Assembly (NCBI GenBank): GCA_963668025.2 | Contig: CAXXTH010000022.1 | Coordinates: 64,001 to 128,000 of the forward strand | DNA length: 64,000 nucleotides | Direction: 5' to 3' | DNA from: Candidatus Hydrogenedentota bacterium | Lineage (GTDB): Bacteria; Hydrogenedentota; Hydrogenedentia; Hydrogenedentales; SLHB01 | Shown: in pieces, positions 1 through 10,235 of the stretch | How the letters are laid out: each line of letters opens with the position of its first letter | How positions within the stretch are numbered: the stretch's first letter is position 1 | Notes under the pieces: generated by a model | The model's database searches: none | What the model was told of the DNA's origin: nothing | The model's input: only the letters and a program-made list of their open reading frames with translations | Translations under genes and position numbers: made by a program

Positions 1-2244
1 GAAACAAGAAATAACTGCGCGTGCTTCATGTGGGCGGTATGCATGATTGTATTGAGTGCATATGCCTATGGCGTCGAAAATGTATCGGCGAAGGCCTCCG
101 AGTCCTTCGAAGCTTCAAAAATAAAGGCCGGATTGAACAAAACCGGAGTTGGGGAAGGCTACGAAATCGTCATCGCGGATGAGTGTGATATGGTCGAGCA
201 CACCGCCGCTCAGATGATGCAGGAGTTTCTAGCAAAAGCATCTTTATCTGTTGGCATCGCCACGGAATCCCAAGCGACAGCAAAGAATCGGATTATTCTC
301 GGGCGCGAATCAAATCTTGAAGCCATAAAAGAGCTGGAGGATAAAGATGAAATCGATATCCGAAACGTTTCAGCAGAAGAGGATGGATTCCAGGTAAAAA
401 AGATTGGTAAAGACATCGTTGTCGCTGGCGCAAATCCACGTGGGGTGCTGTACGGCGCTTTTGCTTTTGAAGACTTTGTCCGTGAGGGGGGGAAAGGCAA
501 GCTGGACATACGCCGAGTTCCTCGAATGCATTCGCGCGTAAGTTTCTTCCCTACGTTTTTGGTGGGTAATCATCCCATTGAATACCGTGAAAATGCGGAA
601 AAAACCGCCTCGTATTTGGCGCGATTGGGCATGAATGGTTTTATTGATGGCGGCGGCGGAAGTTGGGAGCTGGCGCAGTTTGTCTCGAGCGATGTGTTTC
701 CATTTCAGAAAGCGCCAGACGCCGAATTACAGCAAAGAATCGCCACTACTTCTTCTACGCTAAGGAAGTATGGAATTGACTACTACATTATGATATGGGA
801 GCCGACACTGGCCAAGGTCAGAGCGGAGATTGATAAATATCCGCCGGAAGCGCTTGGGAAAGTCAACCGGCCTTGGGGGGGAGAAGAAAACGTCGCGGAC
901 TCCACCTTGTGTGTGAGCAGTCCTATTGTTCAGGAACACTACAAGAATTTAATGAAAAAATTCGTTCAGACTTATCCGGACGTAAAAGGAATCTTGTTCT
1001 ATAACTTGGACGGAAGCTCCTGGCTCTGCACGCCGGAATTATGTCCACGCTGCAAGGCTGTTTGCACGGATTCCGTAGGAGGCAAACTCAATCCCTGGCC
1101 GCTACAGGCCAGCTTTACCGATTTATTAGCCCGCGCCGCACATGAAGAGAGAAGCGATTTTAAGTTTATACACTGGATATCACATTTTAATGGTGAAATC
1201 GCTGAGAAACTGGTCCGCACTTCCACGGAATACGACGCACTCGCATTTGGGGTGCGGGCCGGCGATCATGATGTCATGATCGCCGACACGTTGACGCCGG
1301 ATAAAACGGAATTCCATATGCTTCAGAAAGTATGCACAGAGCGAAATCTTCCGTTTTTAGTCACGTTTTCCTCCAGCGCACATGAAGTGATCCCAAATGG
1401 GTTCTCTTTTCCATTCAATATCAGCGCTTCCATGAAAAAGCTGGACGAATGGGGTGTCAAAAACATTGCCGGATGCGGCCCTATTCCATACTTCAATCCG
1501 ATCAACGGTTTAGCAGAGAAAGCATTCAAGTGGGATCCTGAACAGAATCCAGAAGAGTTCCTCACCGATTTGTCCACCCGGCAGTTTGGCAGGAAGGCGG
1601 GCAAGCTGATGTATCAGGCGTGGGAAGAGATCCGGGAAGGAATGGATGTTTGGAAAGATTCGGACGTTCATCCATTTTGCGGCAGCTATACGCCATCGAG
1701 TTTAGGATTTTCATATTTTACCATGGCAACGGCTATTTTGCCGGGAAATTTTGACTATTATCATGTAGACAATGAATATCTTTCCAAGTACCAGGCGATG
1801 GGCGTTCATATGGCAAAAGCCGCCGTTCTCGCCAAACAAGCGGTTGATAAAGCGGACTCTCATCAGCCCATCGGTATTCACTATTATGACAGCGAGCGCA
1901 TTCCCACGATGAAAGAATATGCGGAGTTGAACTATGGACCTATCGCAATTGCAGATGTTTTTTGCCAGTTGCGTTCTAACATGTTCCGCGCGTCTCAATT
2001 AGTTGATGCTATCCAAAAGGAGAAGGACGCTGGAAATGGCGTGTCTGCACAGGAAAAGCTATATCACGAATTAATAATCAAAGACATTGCGATTCGGAAG
2101 GAATTTATTAAGCTTTTAACAGCATTCTCCGAAATGCGTCCATGCCTTACGCGTACGAGTTTGTCAGAAGAAGGCATTAAATACGAGATTGATTATATGA
2201 ATACTGAGATCGGAAAAATGGAGGATTACCTAAAACAGCAATAA
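1..2244 (+). CDS. Secreted uncharacterised glycoside-hydrolase-like protein, array paralogue 1 (GH67/GH20-like N-terminal domain plus putative TIM barrel); probably 5'-truncated by the window edge
   Basis: 738-aa ORF from ATG 28; the frame is open back to base 1 (ETRNNCACFMWAV resembles YHCRFFIWMI/YNSRCFLWAL in the paralogues). Signal peptide ending AYAYG; motifs DGFQVKK, AGANPRGVLYG, TLCVSSP, WLCTPELCPRC. Confidence 0.8.
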   Translation, partial: ETRNNCACFMWAVCMIVLSAYAYGVENVSAKASESFEASKIKAGLNKTGVGEGYEIVIADECDMVEHTAAQMMQEFLAKASLSVGIATESQATAKNRIILGRESNLEAIKELEDKDEIDIRNVSAEEDGFQVKKIGKDIVVAGANPRGVLYGAFAFEDFVREGGKGKLDIRRVPRMHSRVSFFPTFLVGNHPIEYRENAEKTASYLARLGMNGFIDGGGGSWELAQFVSSDVFPFQKAPDAELQQRIATTSSTLRKYGIDYYIMIWEPTLAKVRAEIDKYPPEALGKVNRPWGGEENVADSTLCVSSPIVQEHYKNLMKKFVQTYPDVKGILFYNLDGSSWLCTPELCPRCKAVCTDSVGGKLNPWPLQASFTDLLARAAHEERSDFKFIHWISHFNGEIAEKLVRTSTEYDALAFGVRAGDHDVMIADTLTPDKTEFHMLQKVCTERNLPFLVTFSSSAHEVIPNGFSFPFNISASMKKLDEWGVKNIAGCGPIPYFNPINGLAEKAFKWDPEQNPEEFLTDLSTRQFGRKAGKLMYQAWEEIREGMDVWKDSDVHPFCGSYTPSSLGFSYFTMATAILPGNFDYYHVDNEYLSKYQAMGVHMAKAAVLAKQAVDKADSHQPIGIHYYDSERIPTMKEYAELNYGPIAIADVFCQLRSNMFRASQLVDAIQKEKDAGNGVSAQEKLYHELIIKDIAIRKEFIKLLTAFSEMRPCLTRTSLSEEGIKYEIDYMNTEIGKMEDYLKQQ

Positions 2245-2264
2245 TATATATAAAAGCACAATAT

Positions 2265-2285
2265 TATAATCTGTAAGCGCTATGA
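2265..2285 (+). promoter_or_regulatory. -10 box followed by LacI-type operator upstream of paralogue 2
   Basis: TATAAT at 2265-2270 then TGTAAGCGCTATGA at 2272-2285; GGAGG RBS before ATG 2329. Confidence 0.5.
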
Positions 2286-2328
2286 CCGCAGGCGGACATG
2301 AGGAAGTAACATAATCCCTGGAGGTAAA

Positions 2329-4575
2329 ATGATGCGATACCACTGCCGATTCTTTATCTGGATGATCAGCGTAGCTGCTGTATGCGCATTCGCGTATGGC
2401 GATGAAGCCGTCTCCGCGAAGACGTCCGACTCGATCGACATACAGAAGATTCAGTCCGGCTTGAAGCGGCTGGGGATCGGGGAAGATTGCGAAATCGTGA
2501 TCTCGGAAAACTGCGATGTCGTCGAGCATACCGCCGCTCAGATGATGCAGCAATACCTGGAAAAAGCATCTGTCTCTGTTGGCATCGCCACGGAACCTCA
2601 AGCCACTGCGAAAAAGCAGATACTCCTGGGGCGCGAATCGAACCTTAAAGCCATAAAAGAGTTTGGCGACAACGGCGATATTGGCATCCGGGATGTTTCA
2701 GAAGCGAATGACGGATTTCACTTAAAAAAGATCGGGAAAAATATCGTTGTGGCTGGGGCGAATCCACGCGGGGTGCTCTATGGCGTCGTCGCACTCCAGG
2801 ATTTTATCCACAAGGGTGGTAGAGGCAAGCTCGATATCCGCAAGGTTCCTCAAATGACCGAGCGAATCAGTTCTTTCCCGGTTATTTTCACCAATGATCA
2901 TCCCGTCTCTTATAGTGAAGCGAGCGAGAAAATGATCTCCTGCTTGGCTCGACTGGGGAAAAATGGATTGATCGATGGCGGCGGAGGATGTTGGGAGCTC
3001 ACCCAGTTTGTCTCCAGTGACGTATTCCCCTTTCAAAAGGCTCCCGATCCCAAACTTCAACAGCGTATCGCAACCATCTCCTCGACTTGCAAGAAATATG
3101 GCATTGATTATTACATCATGTTGTGGGAGCCCACACTAGCCAAGGTAGGCGCGGAGATTGATAAGTATCCGGCGGAAGCGCTGGGGAAAGTCAGCTTGCC
3201 GGAATGGCTCAAAAACATCGGGAACGACACGTTGTGCGTCAGCAGCCCTATTGTACAAGAACACTATAAGAACTTAATGAAAAAATTCGTCCAAACCTAT
3301 CCGGACGTAAAGGGAATCCTGTTTTACAACTTGGACGGGAGCTCCTGGCTCTGCTCGCCTGAACTATGCCCTCGTTGCAAAGCCGTCTGCGAAGCCGAAG
3401 AAGAAGGGGACACAAATCCTTGGCCGATACAGGCCGAATTCGCCGATCTCTTGGCGAATGCCGCGCATGAAGAGAGAAGTGAATTTAAGTTTATCCATTG
3501 GATTTCGCATTTCTCTGGGGAAACAGCCAGAAAGCTCGTTCACAAATCTACCAAATATGACTCGCTGGCGTTTGGTGTGCAGAATGGAGACCACGATGTG
3601 ATGATCGCCGATCTGCTCACACCGGACGCAACCGAGTTTCAAATGTTGCAAAAGGTATGTGCGGAAAGGTCATGTTCATTTTTAGTGACGTTCTCCTCAT
3701 GCGCTCATGAGGTGATACCCAATGGATTCACCTTTCCATTTCATGTAAGCGCCGCCATGCAGAAATTAAACGGCTGGGGAGTCCGAAGCATATGCGGATG
3801 CGGTCCGCTGCCCTATTTTGAACAAATAAATGGTTTAGTGGAGAAGGAGTATCAGTGGAATCCAGAACAGGATCCTAAAACCTTCATTACGGATCTTTCG
3901 AGGCGGCAATTTGGCAAGAAGGCCGGCAAATGGATGTATCAGGCGTGGGAAGAGATTAGGAATGGAATGGATGTTTGGAAAGACACACCAAACCATCCAT
4001 TTCGAGGCAGCCAAACACCCACGAGTTTAGGTTTTTCGTATTTCACCATGGCGTGGGCAATTTTACCGGGCAATATCGGCTACCACCATTTGGATTCAGA
4101 CTATCTCTCCAAATTTCAGGCGATGGGAGACCATATGGCGAAAGCCGCCGCGCTTGCGAAACAAGCAGTCGAAGCGGCGGATGCCAATCAGCCTATCGAT
4201 ATCCATTATTACGATGCGGAGTCCGTGCCTACGATGAAGGAATACGCGGAGTTGAATTATGGGCCTATCGCCATCGCGGATGTGTTCTGCCAGTTGCGCT
4301 GCAACATGATCAGCGCATGCCATCTTACCGAGGCCATCCAAAAGGACAAGGATGCAGGGAATGGCGCCGCCGCACAAGAAAAGGAAACGCAATATCATGA
4401 GTTGATACGAAAAGATATTGCGGTCCGGAAAGAATTCATCACACTTTTGAACACATTTGCGAAAATGCGCCCATGCCTGACTCGCACGAGCCTGTCCGAA
4501 GACGGCATTAAGTATGAGATCAACTATATGAATACCGAGATCGAAAAAATGGAGAGCTTCCTGAAAAAAGAGTAG
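2329..4575 (+). CDS. Secreted uncharacterised GH-like protein, array paralogue 2
   Basis: 748 aa, GGAGG RBS, signal peptide; colinear with paralogue 1 with long identical blocks (TLCVSSPIVQEHYKNLMKKFVQTYPDVKGILFYNLDGSSWLC; PTMKEYAELNYGPIAIADVFCQLR). Confidence 0.85.
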   Translation: MMRYHCRFFIWMISVAAVCAFAYGDEAVSAKTSDSIDIQKIQSGLKRLGIGEDCEIVISENCDVVEHTAAQMMQQYLEKASVSVGIATEPQATAKKQILLGRESNLKAIKEFGDNGDIGIRDVSEANDGFHLKKIGKNIVVAGANPRGVLYGVVALQDFIHKGGRGKLDIRKVPQMTERISSFPVIFTNDHPVSYSEASEKMISCLARLGKNGLIDGGGGCWELTQFVSSDVFPFQKAPDPKLQQRIATISSTCKKYGIDYYIMLWEPTLAKVGAEIDKYPAEALGKVSLPEWLKNIGNDTLCVSSPIVQEHYKNLMKKFVQTYPDVKGILFYNLDGSSWLCSPELCPRCKAVCEAEEEGDTNPWPIQAEFADLLANAAHEERSEFKFIHWISHFSGETARKLVHKSTKYDSLAFGVQNGDHDVMIADLLTPDATEFQMLQKVCAERSCSFLVTFSSCAHEVIPNGFTFPFHVSAAMQKLNGWGVRSICGCGPLPYFEQINGLVEKEYQWNPEQDPKTFITDLSRRQFGKKAGKWMYQAWEEIRNGMDVWKDTPNHPFRGSQTPTSLGFSYFTMAWAILPGNIGYHHLDSDYLSKFQAMGDHMAKAAALAKQAVEAADANQPIDIHYYDAESVPTMKEYAELNYGPIAIADVFCQLRCNMISACHLTEAIQKDKDAGNGAAAQEKETQYHELIRKDIAVRKEFITLLNTFAKMRPCLTRTSLSEDGIKYEINYMNTEIEKMESFLKKE

Positions 4576-4877
4576 GGAAGCAGTATGCCGCCACATAGCA
4601 ATTCGGGGAAACATACAAACCTTTCGGAATCCGAATCAAGCGCTTTGTGCGTTTGCCTTATATACTCATATCAGATTTAGCACCCAGATCCGCATGGTCT
4701 GACGCATAAACAAGCGCCGGAGAGGGGTGTTTGCATGTCTGCGTCGGCCCATGTGAAAAACGCGTGTGAGGATATTCGGAATCGGAATGATGAAAACGTA
4801 TTAATGGAATGGGCGGCAAGTAGTACCGCTCAGGAACCAATGCAAAGGCAGGCAGCCCGGCCCGAGGAGATGGGGAA

Positions 4878-7244
4878 ATGGGATACAACGGGATGTTGAA
4901 GTTTTATGAGCCTTACGGAATAAGAATTCATACCAGGTGTTTTCTTTGGGCGTTATTCATGGTTGTATTGGGCGCATATGCATATGGCGGCGAAGATGCG
5001 TCGGCGAAGACGTCCAAGTCCTTCGAAGCTTCGAAAATCAAGGCCGGGCTGAGCAAAATCGGAGTAGGGGAAAGCTACGAAATCGTCATCGCGGATGAGT
5101 GCGATATGGTCGAGAATACCGCTGCGGAGATGATGCAGCGGTTTTTAGCAAAGGCGTCCTTGCCTGCCCGCATCGTCAAGGAATCTCAAGCCACCGGAGA
5201 CAAACGGATTCTCCTAGGGCGTGAATCCAATCTCAAAGCCATCCGGGCGCTTGGCGATTCGGGAGAACTAAGCATCCGCGACGTTTCCGCAGAGGATGAC
5301 GGATTCCATCTGAAGCAAATAGGCAAGAGCATTGTCATAGCCGGCGCAAACCCACGCGGCGTGCTCTATGGCGTTTATGCGTTTGAAGATTTTATACGCG
5401 CGGGTGAAAAGGGCAAACTGGACATCAAGAAGGTTCCCTATTACCGGAAACGGGGAAGCGGCCTTTACTACACTTACGGCATATTCAATACGCAACTGGC
5501 GTCCTTTCCCGAGGAGAATGCCGCCTGCCTTTCGCGCCTGGGTATCAATCAAATGACCGACCAAGGCATTGGCGGACATCTCAGCAAATTCGTCAAGAGC
5601 GATGTGTTTCCGTTTCAGACGCCGCCCGATCCGGAATACCAGCGCAGATTGAAGGAAATGGCGGCTACATGCAAAAAGTATGGCATCGACGTATATCTGT
5701 TTCTGCTGGAGCCCGCCTTGGAGCCCGTTAACGGGAGCTTCGAACAGTATCCGGAAGAGGCGCTCGGGACCGTTCGCCCACCTTGGGGCGGGGACGACAA
5801 GGGTATGGCCCGCACCTTGTGCGTCAGCAGCCCGCTCACGCAAAAGTATCTTAAGAACATGATGCGGAAGCTGGTGCGGGAGTATCCGGATGTAAAAGGA
5901 GTTCAACTATACAACCTGGATGCCGGTTCCTGGTTCTGCACCCCGGAGCTTTGCGAGCGGTGTAAACGCGCATGCACGGATTCGCCGCCGGACGCCTTCA
6001 ATCCTTGGGAAACGCAAACCGAGCTAGTTGGACTGCTGGCCGGCGCGGCGCACGAGGAAAACCCCGGCTTCGACTTCCGGTTCTGGTCGACCGTACACTA
6101 TCACGGTGAGATTTTTGACAAGCTGATCCATGCCATGCGGGGCTATGACGGTCTAATATGTTCCTGGACGGGTTCCGACCGTTCGATCATGGTTCCGGAT
6201 GCGGCGGAACGCACCGCCACTTGCGTGCTTTCGCAGGAAGCATGCAAACAACGAGATGTGCCGTTCTATATGATTGGTGAATTCAATAATCTTGAGATGA
6301 TTCCGAAGAGCCTGCCTTTCCCCTTCCACGTGTGCGATGCGCTTCAAAAATTCAAAAAATGGGATGTGAAGAACTTGACCGAGATCTTTGGACTCGCACC
6401 AGAGCACAACTCGATCAATGCCCTGGTCACCAAGGAGTTTGAGTGGAATCCGGATCAAGACACAAAAGCGTTTCTTACCGGCCTGGCCCACCGGCAATTT
6501 GGCACTGCGGCCGGCGATCATATGTACCGCGCCTGGGAAGAGATGCGGAAGGCTTTTGATGTCTGGAACGATGTGAAGTCTCCGCCGTTTCCAATGAATG
6601 GAAGCCAGAACCATGTGAAGATGGGGCTTGCGATTGGCGACCTTCCCCCCGCGATAACGCCCAATATCGTCGAGTACTACGACTCGATGCTTGACACCTT
6701 GACGCGCGTCGAGCCGTGGCTTGCAGCAGGCTACGAGCAACAGAGGACCGAGGCTTTCCTGGACAAGATGCTCTTGATGAACAAACACTTCGCGCGCGCG
6801 GCGGAGCTCGCGAAGAAAGCCGCGGACGCGGCCAGCAGCGAGGCGTTCATAGGTCTGTGCTACTATGAGACTCCGAATGGGGCGCCGACCCAGAAACAGT
6901 ATGCGGAACTCAACTATGCTCCAATCGCGATGGCCGATATCTTGTGTGCGCAGCGATGCGACATCTTGCGCGCATACCTTGCATTGAAGGCGCTGGAAAC
7001 CGCACGCGCCGCAGGCGATCAGGAGGAGACCCACAAGAAAGAGCAGCAGTACCAGGCACTGCTACGGGACGATATCGCGCTGCAGGAGCGTTTCTGCGAC
7101 CTTCTCACGAGATTCTCGAAGATGCCGCCGTGCTATACACGCACAATCCTGACCGAGGAGGAAATAGCCAACCACCTCGCGTTCACAAGGGCTAAAATTG
7201 AAGAGCTAAAGGCGCATCTCGTAAAAGCGTCCACCGCCAGTTGA
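4878..7244 (+). CDS. Secreted uncharacterised GH-like protein, array paralogue 3
   Basis: 788 aa, GAGGAG RBS, signal peptide, same motifs (AGANPRGVLYG, RTLCVSSP, WFCTPELCERC, YAELNY). Confidence 0.85.
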   Translation: MGYNGMLKFYEPYGIRIHTRCFLWALFMVVLGAYAYGGEDASAKTSKSFEASKIKAGLSKIGVGESYEIVIADECDMVENTAAEMMQRFLAKASLPARIVKESQATGDKRILLGRESNLKAIRALGDSGELSIRDVSAEDDGFHLKQIGKSIVIAGANPRGVLYGVYAFEDFIRAGEKGKLDIKKVPYYRKRGSGLYYTYGIFNTQLASFPEENAACLSRLGINQMTDQGIGGHLSKFVKSDVFPFQTPPDPEYQRRLKEMAATCKKYGIDVYLFLLEPALEPVNGSFEQYPEEALGTVRPPWGGDDKGMARTLCVSSPLTQKYLKNMMRKLVREYPDVKGVQLYNLDAGSWFCTPELCERCKRACTDSPPDAFNPWETQTELVGLLAGAAHEENPGFDFRFWSTVHYHGEIFDKLIHAMRGYDGLICSWTGSDRSIMVPDAAERTATCVLSQEACKQRDVPFYMIGEFNNLEMIPKSLPFPFHVCDALQKFKKWDVKNLTEIFGLAPEHNSINALVTKEFEWNPDQDTKAFLTGLAHRQFGTAAGDHMYRAWEEMRKAFDVWNDVKSPPFPMNGSQNHVKMGLAIGDLPPAITPNIVEYYDSMLDTLTRVEPWLAAGYEQQRTEAFLDKMLLMNKHFARAAELAKKAADAASSEAFIGLCYYETPNGAPTQKQYAELNYAPIAMADILCAQRCDILRAYLALKALETARAAGDQEETHKKEQQYQALLRDDIALQERFCDLLTRFSKMPPCYTRTILTEEEIANHLAFTRAKIEELKAHLVKASTAS
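4934..5247 (+). repeat. 314-bp near-identical direct repeat, copy A (5' part of paralogue 3)
   Basis: Aligns without gaps to 7595-7908 with about 8 mismatches by eye. Confidence 0.9.
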
Positions 7245-7550
7245 GACTGCCTTCAGCCGATGTGCAAGCCTTTCTCGTGAGGTGTTACGTCGATTGACGG
7301 AGTGTGAATACATGGACATTAGCTGCCGCTTCTGTTCGAGAAGATTAAGGCATTCGCATGCAGTTTTTCTTCTCACTCACACTTTGGCGCCTTACTTGAT
7401 TTTGCGATTCTCTTGGAAAATGGTGCGTTGCAGTATGCAAGTCCCTCGGATAGCTTGCAACGCGACAGCGGCGGGCTGGAATGCCCCATTGACTTAGTTA
7501 ACGTAGCAAGTGTTATACGTCGGAATACTTACACAGAAAAGGGGAAAAAA

Positions 7551-9905
7551 ATGAGATACAAAGCGACGCTGGAACCCGGTAGTCCTTATAACAGCAGGTG
7601 TTTTCTTTGGGCGTTATTCATGGTTGTATTGGGCGCATATGCATATGGCGGCGAAGACGTATCAGCGAAGACATCCAAGTCTTTCGAAGCTTCGAAAATC
7701 AAGGCCGGGCTGAGCAAAATCGGAGTAGGGGAAAGCTACGAAATCATCATCGCGGATGAGTGCGATGTGGTCGAGAATACCGCTGCGGAGATGATGCAGC
7801 GGTTTTTAGCAAAGGCGTCCTTGCCTGCCCGCATCGTCAAGGAATCTCAAGCCACCGGAGACAAACGGATTCTCCTAGGGCGTGAATCCAATCTCAAAGC
7901 CATCCGGGAGTTTGGTGATTCGGGAGATATTAACATCCGGGACGTTTCCGCGGAGGACGATGGATACCATCTGAAGCAAATAGGCAAGAGTATTGTGATT
8001 GCAGGGGCGAATCCTCGCGGTGTCCTGTATGGCGTCTATGCATTTGAGGATTTTGTTTATGCAGGGGCGAACGGTAACCTTGATATTAAAAAGGTTCCTT
8101 ATTTCCGTAAACGTGGAAGCGGACCCTCATATACGGATGTGCAGTTTGATGCGAAACTGGAGGACTTCCCCGAAGAAAAAGCGGAGTACCTTTCCCGATT
8201 GGGAATCAATCAAATGACGGACCAAGGAATCTCAGGAAATTTGTGCCGGTTTGTAAAAAGTGATATTTTCCCATTCCAAACGCCGCCGGATCCGGAATTT
8301 CAGCGGAAATTGAAAGCAATGTTTGCCACATGCAAGAAGTATGGAATCGATATATACCTATTTTTAATTGAGCCTGCCTTAGTGGATGTTCCCGGCGGTA
8401 TTGACAGCTACCCAAAAGAGGCGCTTGGAACGGTCCGGCCACCGTGGGGAGGCGATAAAGATGGCCTTGCCCGTACATTATGCGTCAGCAGCCCGCTTAC
8501 CCAGCAATACTTGCGGGAGATGACCAAAAAATTAATCCGGGAATATCCTGATCTTGATGGGATTAATTTCTATAATCTAGATTGCGGTTCATGGCTATGC
8601 ACCCCGGAGTTATGTGAACGCTGCAAAAAGGTATGCTCCGATACTTCGCAACACGAGTTTGCGCCATGGGAGCTGCAAGCGAATTGCTTCACTCTTCTCG
8701 CGGAAGCAGCACACGAAGAAAAGCCGGATTTTGACTTCAGGCTTTGGAGTTCCGTGCATTTCCATGGTGAACGATTCGAGAAGATGGTTCACGCGGTGCA
8801 AGGATATAATGGCATTATGAGTTCTTGGACTGGCTCTGATAGATCACTCATGGTGCCGGATGCGGCAGTGCGCACGGAAACATGCGTGCAGTCACAAGCA
8901 CTTGCGAAGGAACGCGGCGTGCCATTTTACATGATGGCGGAGTTCAATAACTTCGAAATCGTCCCTAAAAGCCTGCCCTATCCTTTCCACGTATGTGATG
9001 CGTTGAAGAAATACCAGCAATGGGATGTGCAGAATATCATCGAGATTTTCGGCAGCGCCCCCGAGCAGAATCCCATTAACGCCATCACCGCAACCGCATT
9101 TGAATGGAATCCCAAACAAGACACAGCGGAATTCCTAGAAGCCTTGTCACTTCAACAGTTCGGAAAGCCTGCCGGAAAAGAAATGTACCAGGCTTGGAAG
9201 GAAATGAAGGATGCGTTTGATGTGTGGAACGACGTCAAGTCCCCCCCATTCCCGTTGATGGGGAGCCAATTCCACGTCAAAATGGGGCTGTCGATTGGCG
9301 GGCTTCCTCCGGCGCTCACGCCAGACATTGCCCAATATTATGATTCACTCCTCGATACCTTAACCCGAGTGGAGCCTTGGCTTGCAGAGGGCTATCAGCA
9401 ACATAAAACACAAGCATTCCTAGACAAAATGGAACAAATGAGCAGCCATATCGCGTTAGCGGCAAGCCACGCGAAAAAAGCTATCGACAAGGCCAGCAGT
9501 GAAGAATACATCGGCATTTCTAGCTACCAAGGGGCGGACGGACGCCAAAGCTGCAAGGAATATGCCGAGTTGAATTATGCATCGATCACCATCGCGAATG
9601 TGCTGTGCAAGCAGCGGTGCAACATCGTTCGCGCGTATCGCTTGTTAACCGACATGGAAAACGCGCGAGCCGCAGGCGATGAAAAGACCGTCCAGGAGAA
9701 AAAGAAGGTATACGATGCGCTTGTTCGGGAGGACATCGTCGAACAGGAACAGTTCTGCGAGCTGCTCACGGGATTCTCGAAGATGCAGCCGTGCTACACC
9801 CGAACGAGCCTGACGGAGAAGGAGATTGCCGATCTGCTCTCGACGACGCAGGGAAAGATTAAAAAAATGCAGGAGTATCTCGCCACGGCTCCGGCCACAA
9901 GCTGA
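7551..9905 (+). CDS. Secreted uncharacterised GH-like protein, array paralogue 4
   Basis: Start moved from TTG 7413 to ATG 7551 (AGGGG RBS; MRY start as in paralogue 2). Colinear with paralogue 3 (VRPPWGGD, WTGSDRS, LDTLTRVEPWLA). Confidence 0.85.
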   Translation: MRYKATLEPGSPYNSRCFLWALFMVVLGAYAYGGEDVSAKTSKSFEASKIKAGLSKIGVGESYEIIIADECDVVENTAAEMMQRFLAKASLPARIVKESQATGDKRILLGRESNLKAIREFGDSGDINIRDVSAEDDGYHLKQIGKSIVIAGANPRGVLYGVYAFEDFVYAGANGNLDIKKVPYFRKRGSGPSYTDVQFDAKLEDFPEEKAEYLSRLGINQMTDQGISGNLCRFVKSDIFPFQTPPDPEFQRKLKAMFATCKKYGIDIYLFLIEPALVDVPGGIDSYPKEALGTVRPPWGGDKDGLARTLCVSSPLTQQYLREMTKKLIREYPDLDGINFYNLDCGSWLCTPELCERCKKVCSDTSQHEFAPWELQANCFTLLAEAAHEEKPDFDFRLWSSVHFHGERFEKMVHAVQGYNGIMSSWTGSDRSLMVPDAAVRTETCVQSQALAKERGVPFYMMAEFNNFEIVPKSLPYPFHVCDALKKYQQWDVQNIIEIFGSAPEQNPINAITATAFEWNPKQDTAEFLEALSLQQFGKPAGKEMYQAWKEMKDAFDVWNDVKSPPFPLMGSQFHVKMGLSIGGLPPALTPDIAQYYDSLLDTLTRVEPWLAEGYQQHKTQAFLDKMEQMSSHIALAASHAKKAIDKASSEEYIGISSYQGADGRQSCKEYAELNYASITIANVLCKQRCNIVRAYRLLTDMENARAAGDEKTVQEKKKVYDALVREDIVEQEQFCELLTGFSKMQPCYTRTSLTEKEIADLLSTTQGKIKKMQEYLATAPATS
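7595..7908 (+). repeat. 314-bp near-identical direct repeat, copy B (5' part of paralogue 4)
   Basis: Matches 4934-5247 at an offset of 2661 bp. Confidence 0.9.
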
Positions 9906-9962
9906 TGTAATAAAGATGCCTTGTCTATCCCAGGCAATTGCATCAAACGATGAAATGATACC

Positions 9963-10008
9963 AGAGGCGCAAGAGTTTTTTCTTGCGCCTCTTCTGCTTT
10001 TAATGGCC
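9963..10008 (+). terminator. Hairpin after the paralogue array (AGAGGCGCAAGA palindrome family)
   Basis: Perfect 12-bp inverted repeat AGAGGCGCAAGA (9963-9974) / TCTTGCGCCTCT (9981-9992) followed by TCTGCTTTT; related element at 23417-23488. Confidence 0.6.
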
Positions 10009-10137
10009 AATTGCCGCTAAATTATTGAATTTAGTTTATTTGACACGCTTATCATTCCAACAAATGGTTATAAACCTCCCCCCCGCAGTCTTTCCTTTGC
10101 TCAGAAACACCATATGGATGATTGATTGAGAAAGGGC

Positions 10138-10166
10138 TTGCGCTACAGGCCCCACTTGTGTATACT
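10138..10166 (+). promoter_or_regulatory. sigma70-type promoter upstream of the GH2 gene
   Basis: TTGCGC-N17-TATACT. Confidence 0.5.
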
Positions 10167-10235
10167 GAGTATACACAAATTAAATCCATTCCAGGGGCTT
10201 TCGATACAGGTATTCTCAAAATTCCAAGGCTATTT

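Noticed and set aside
4735-4899. 54-codon ORF with a purine-rich RBS-like sequence overlapping the start of paralogue 3
   Set aside because: No recognisable motif or counterpart before the other paralogues; cannot be supported.
7413-7550. N-terminal extensions given by the ORF track (also at 16986, 20899, 24622, 29925, 47980, 54177, 55834, 60659)
   Set aside because: Downstream ATGs have better RBSs and place signal peptides or family N-termini correctly; several extensions run through promoters.
4934-7908. Diversity-generating retroelement template/variable repeat pair
   Set aside because: No reverse transcriptase, both copies are coding and N-terminal, and mismatches are not confined to adenines of one copy.
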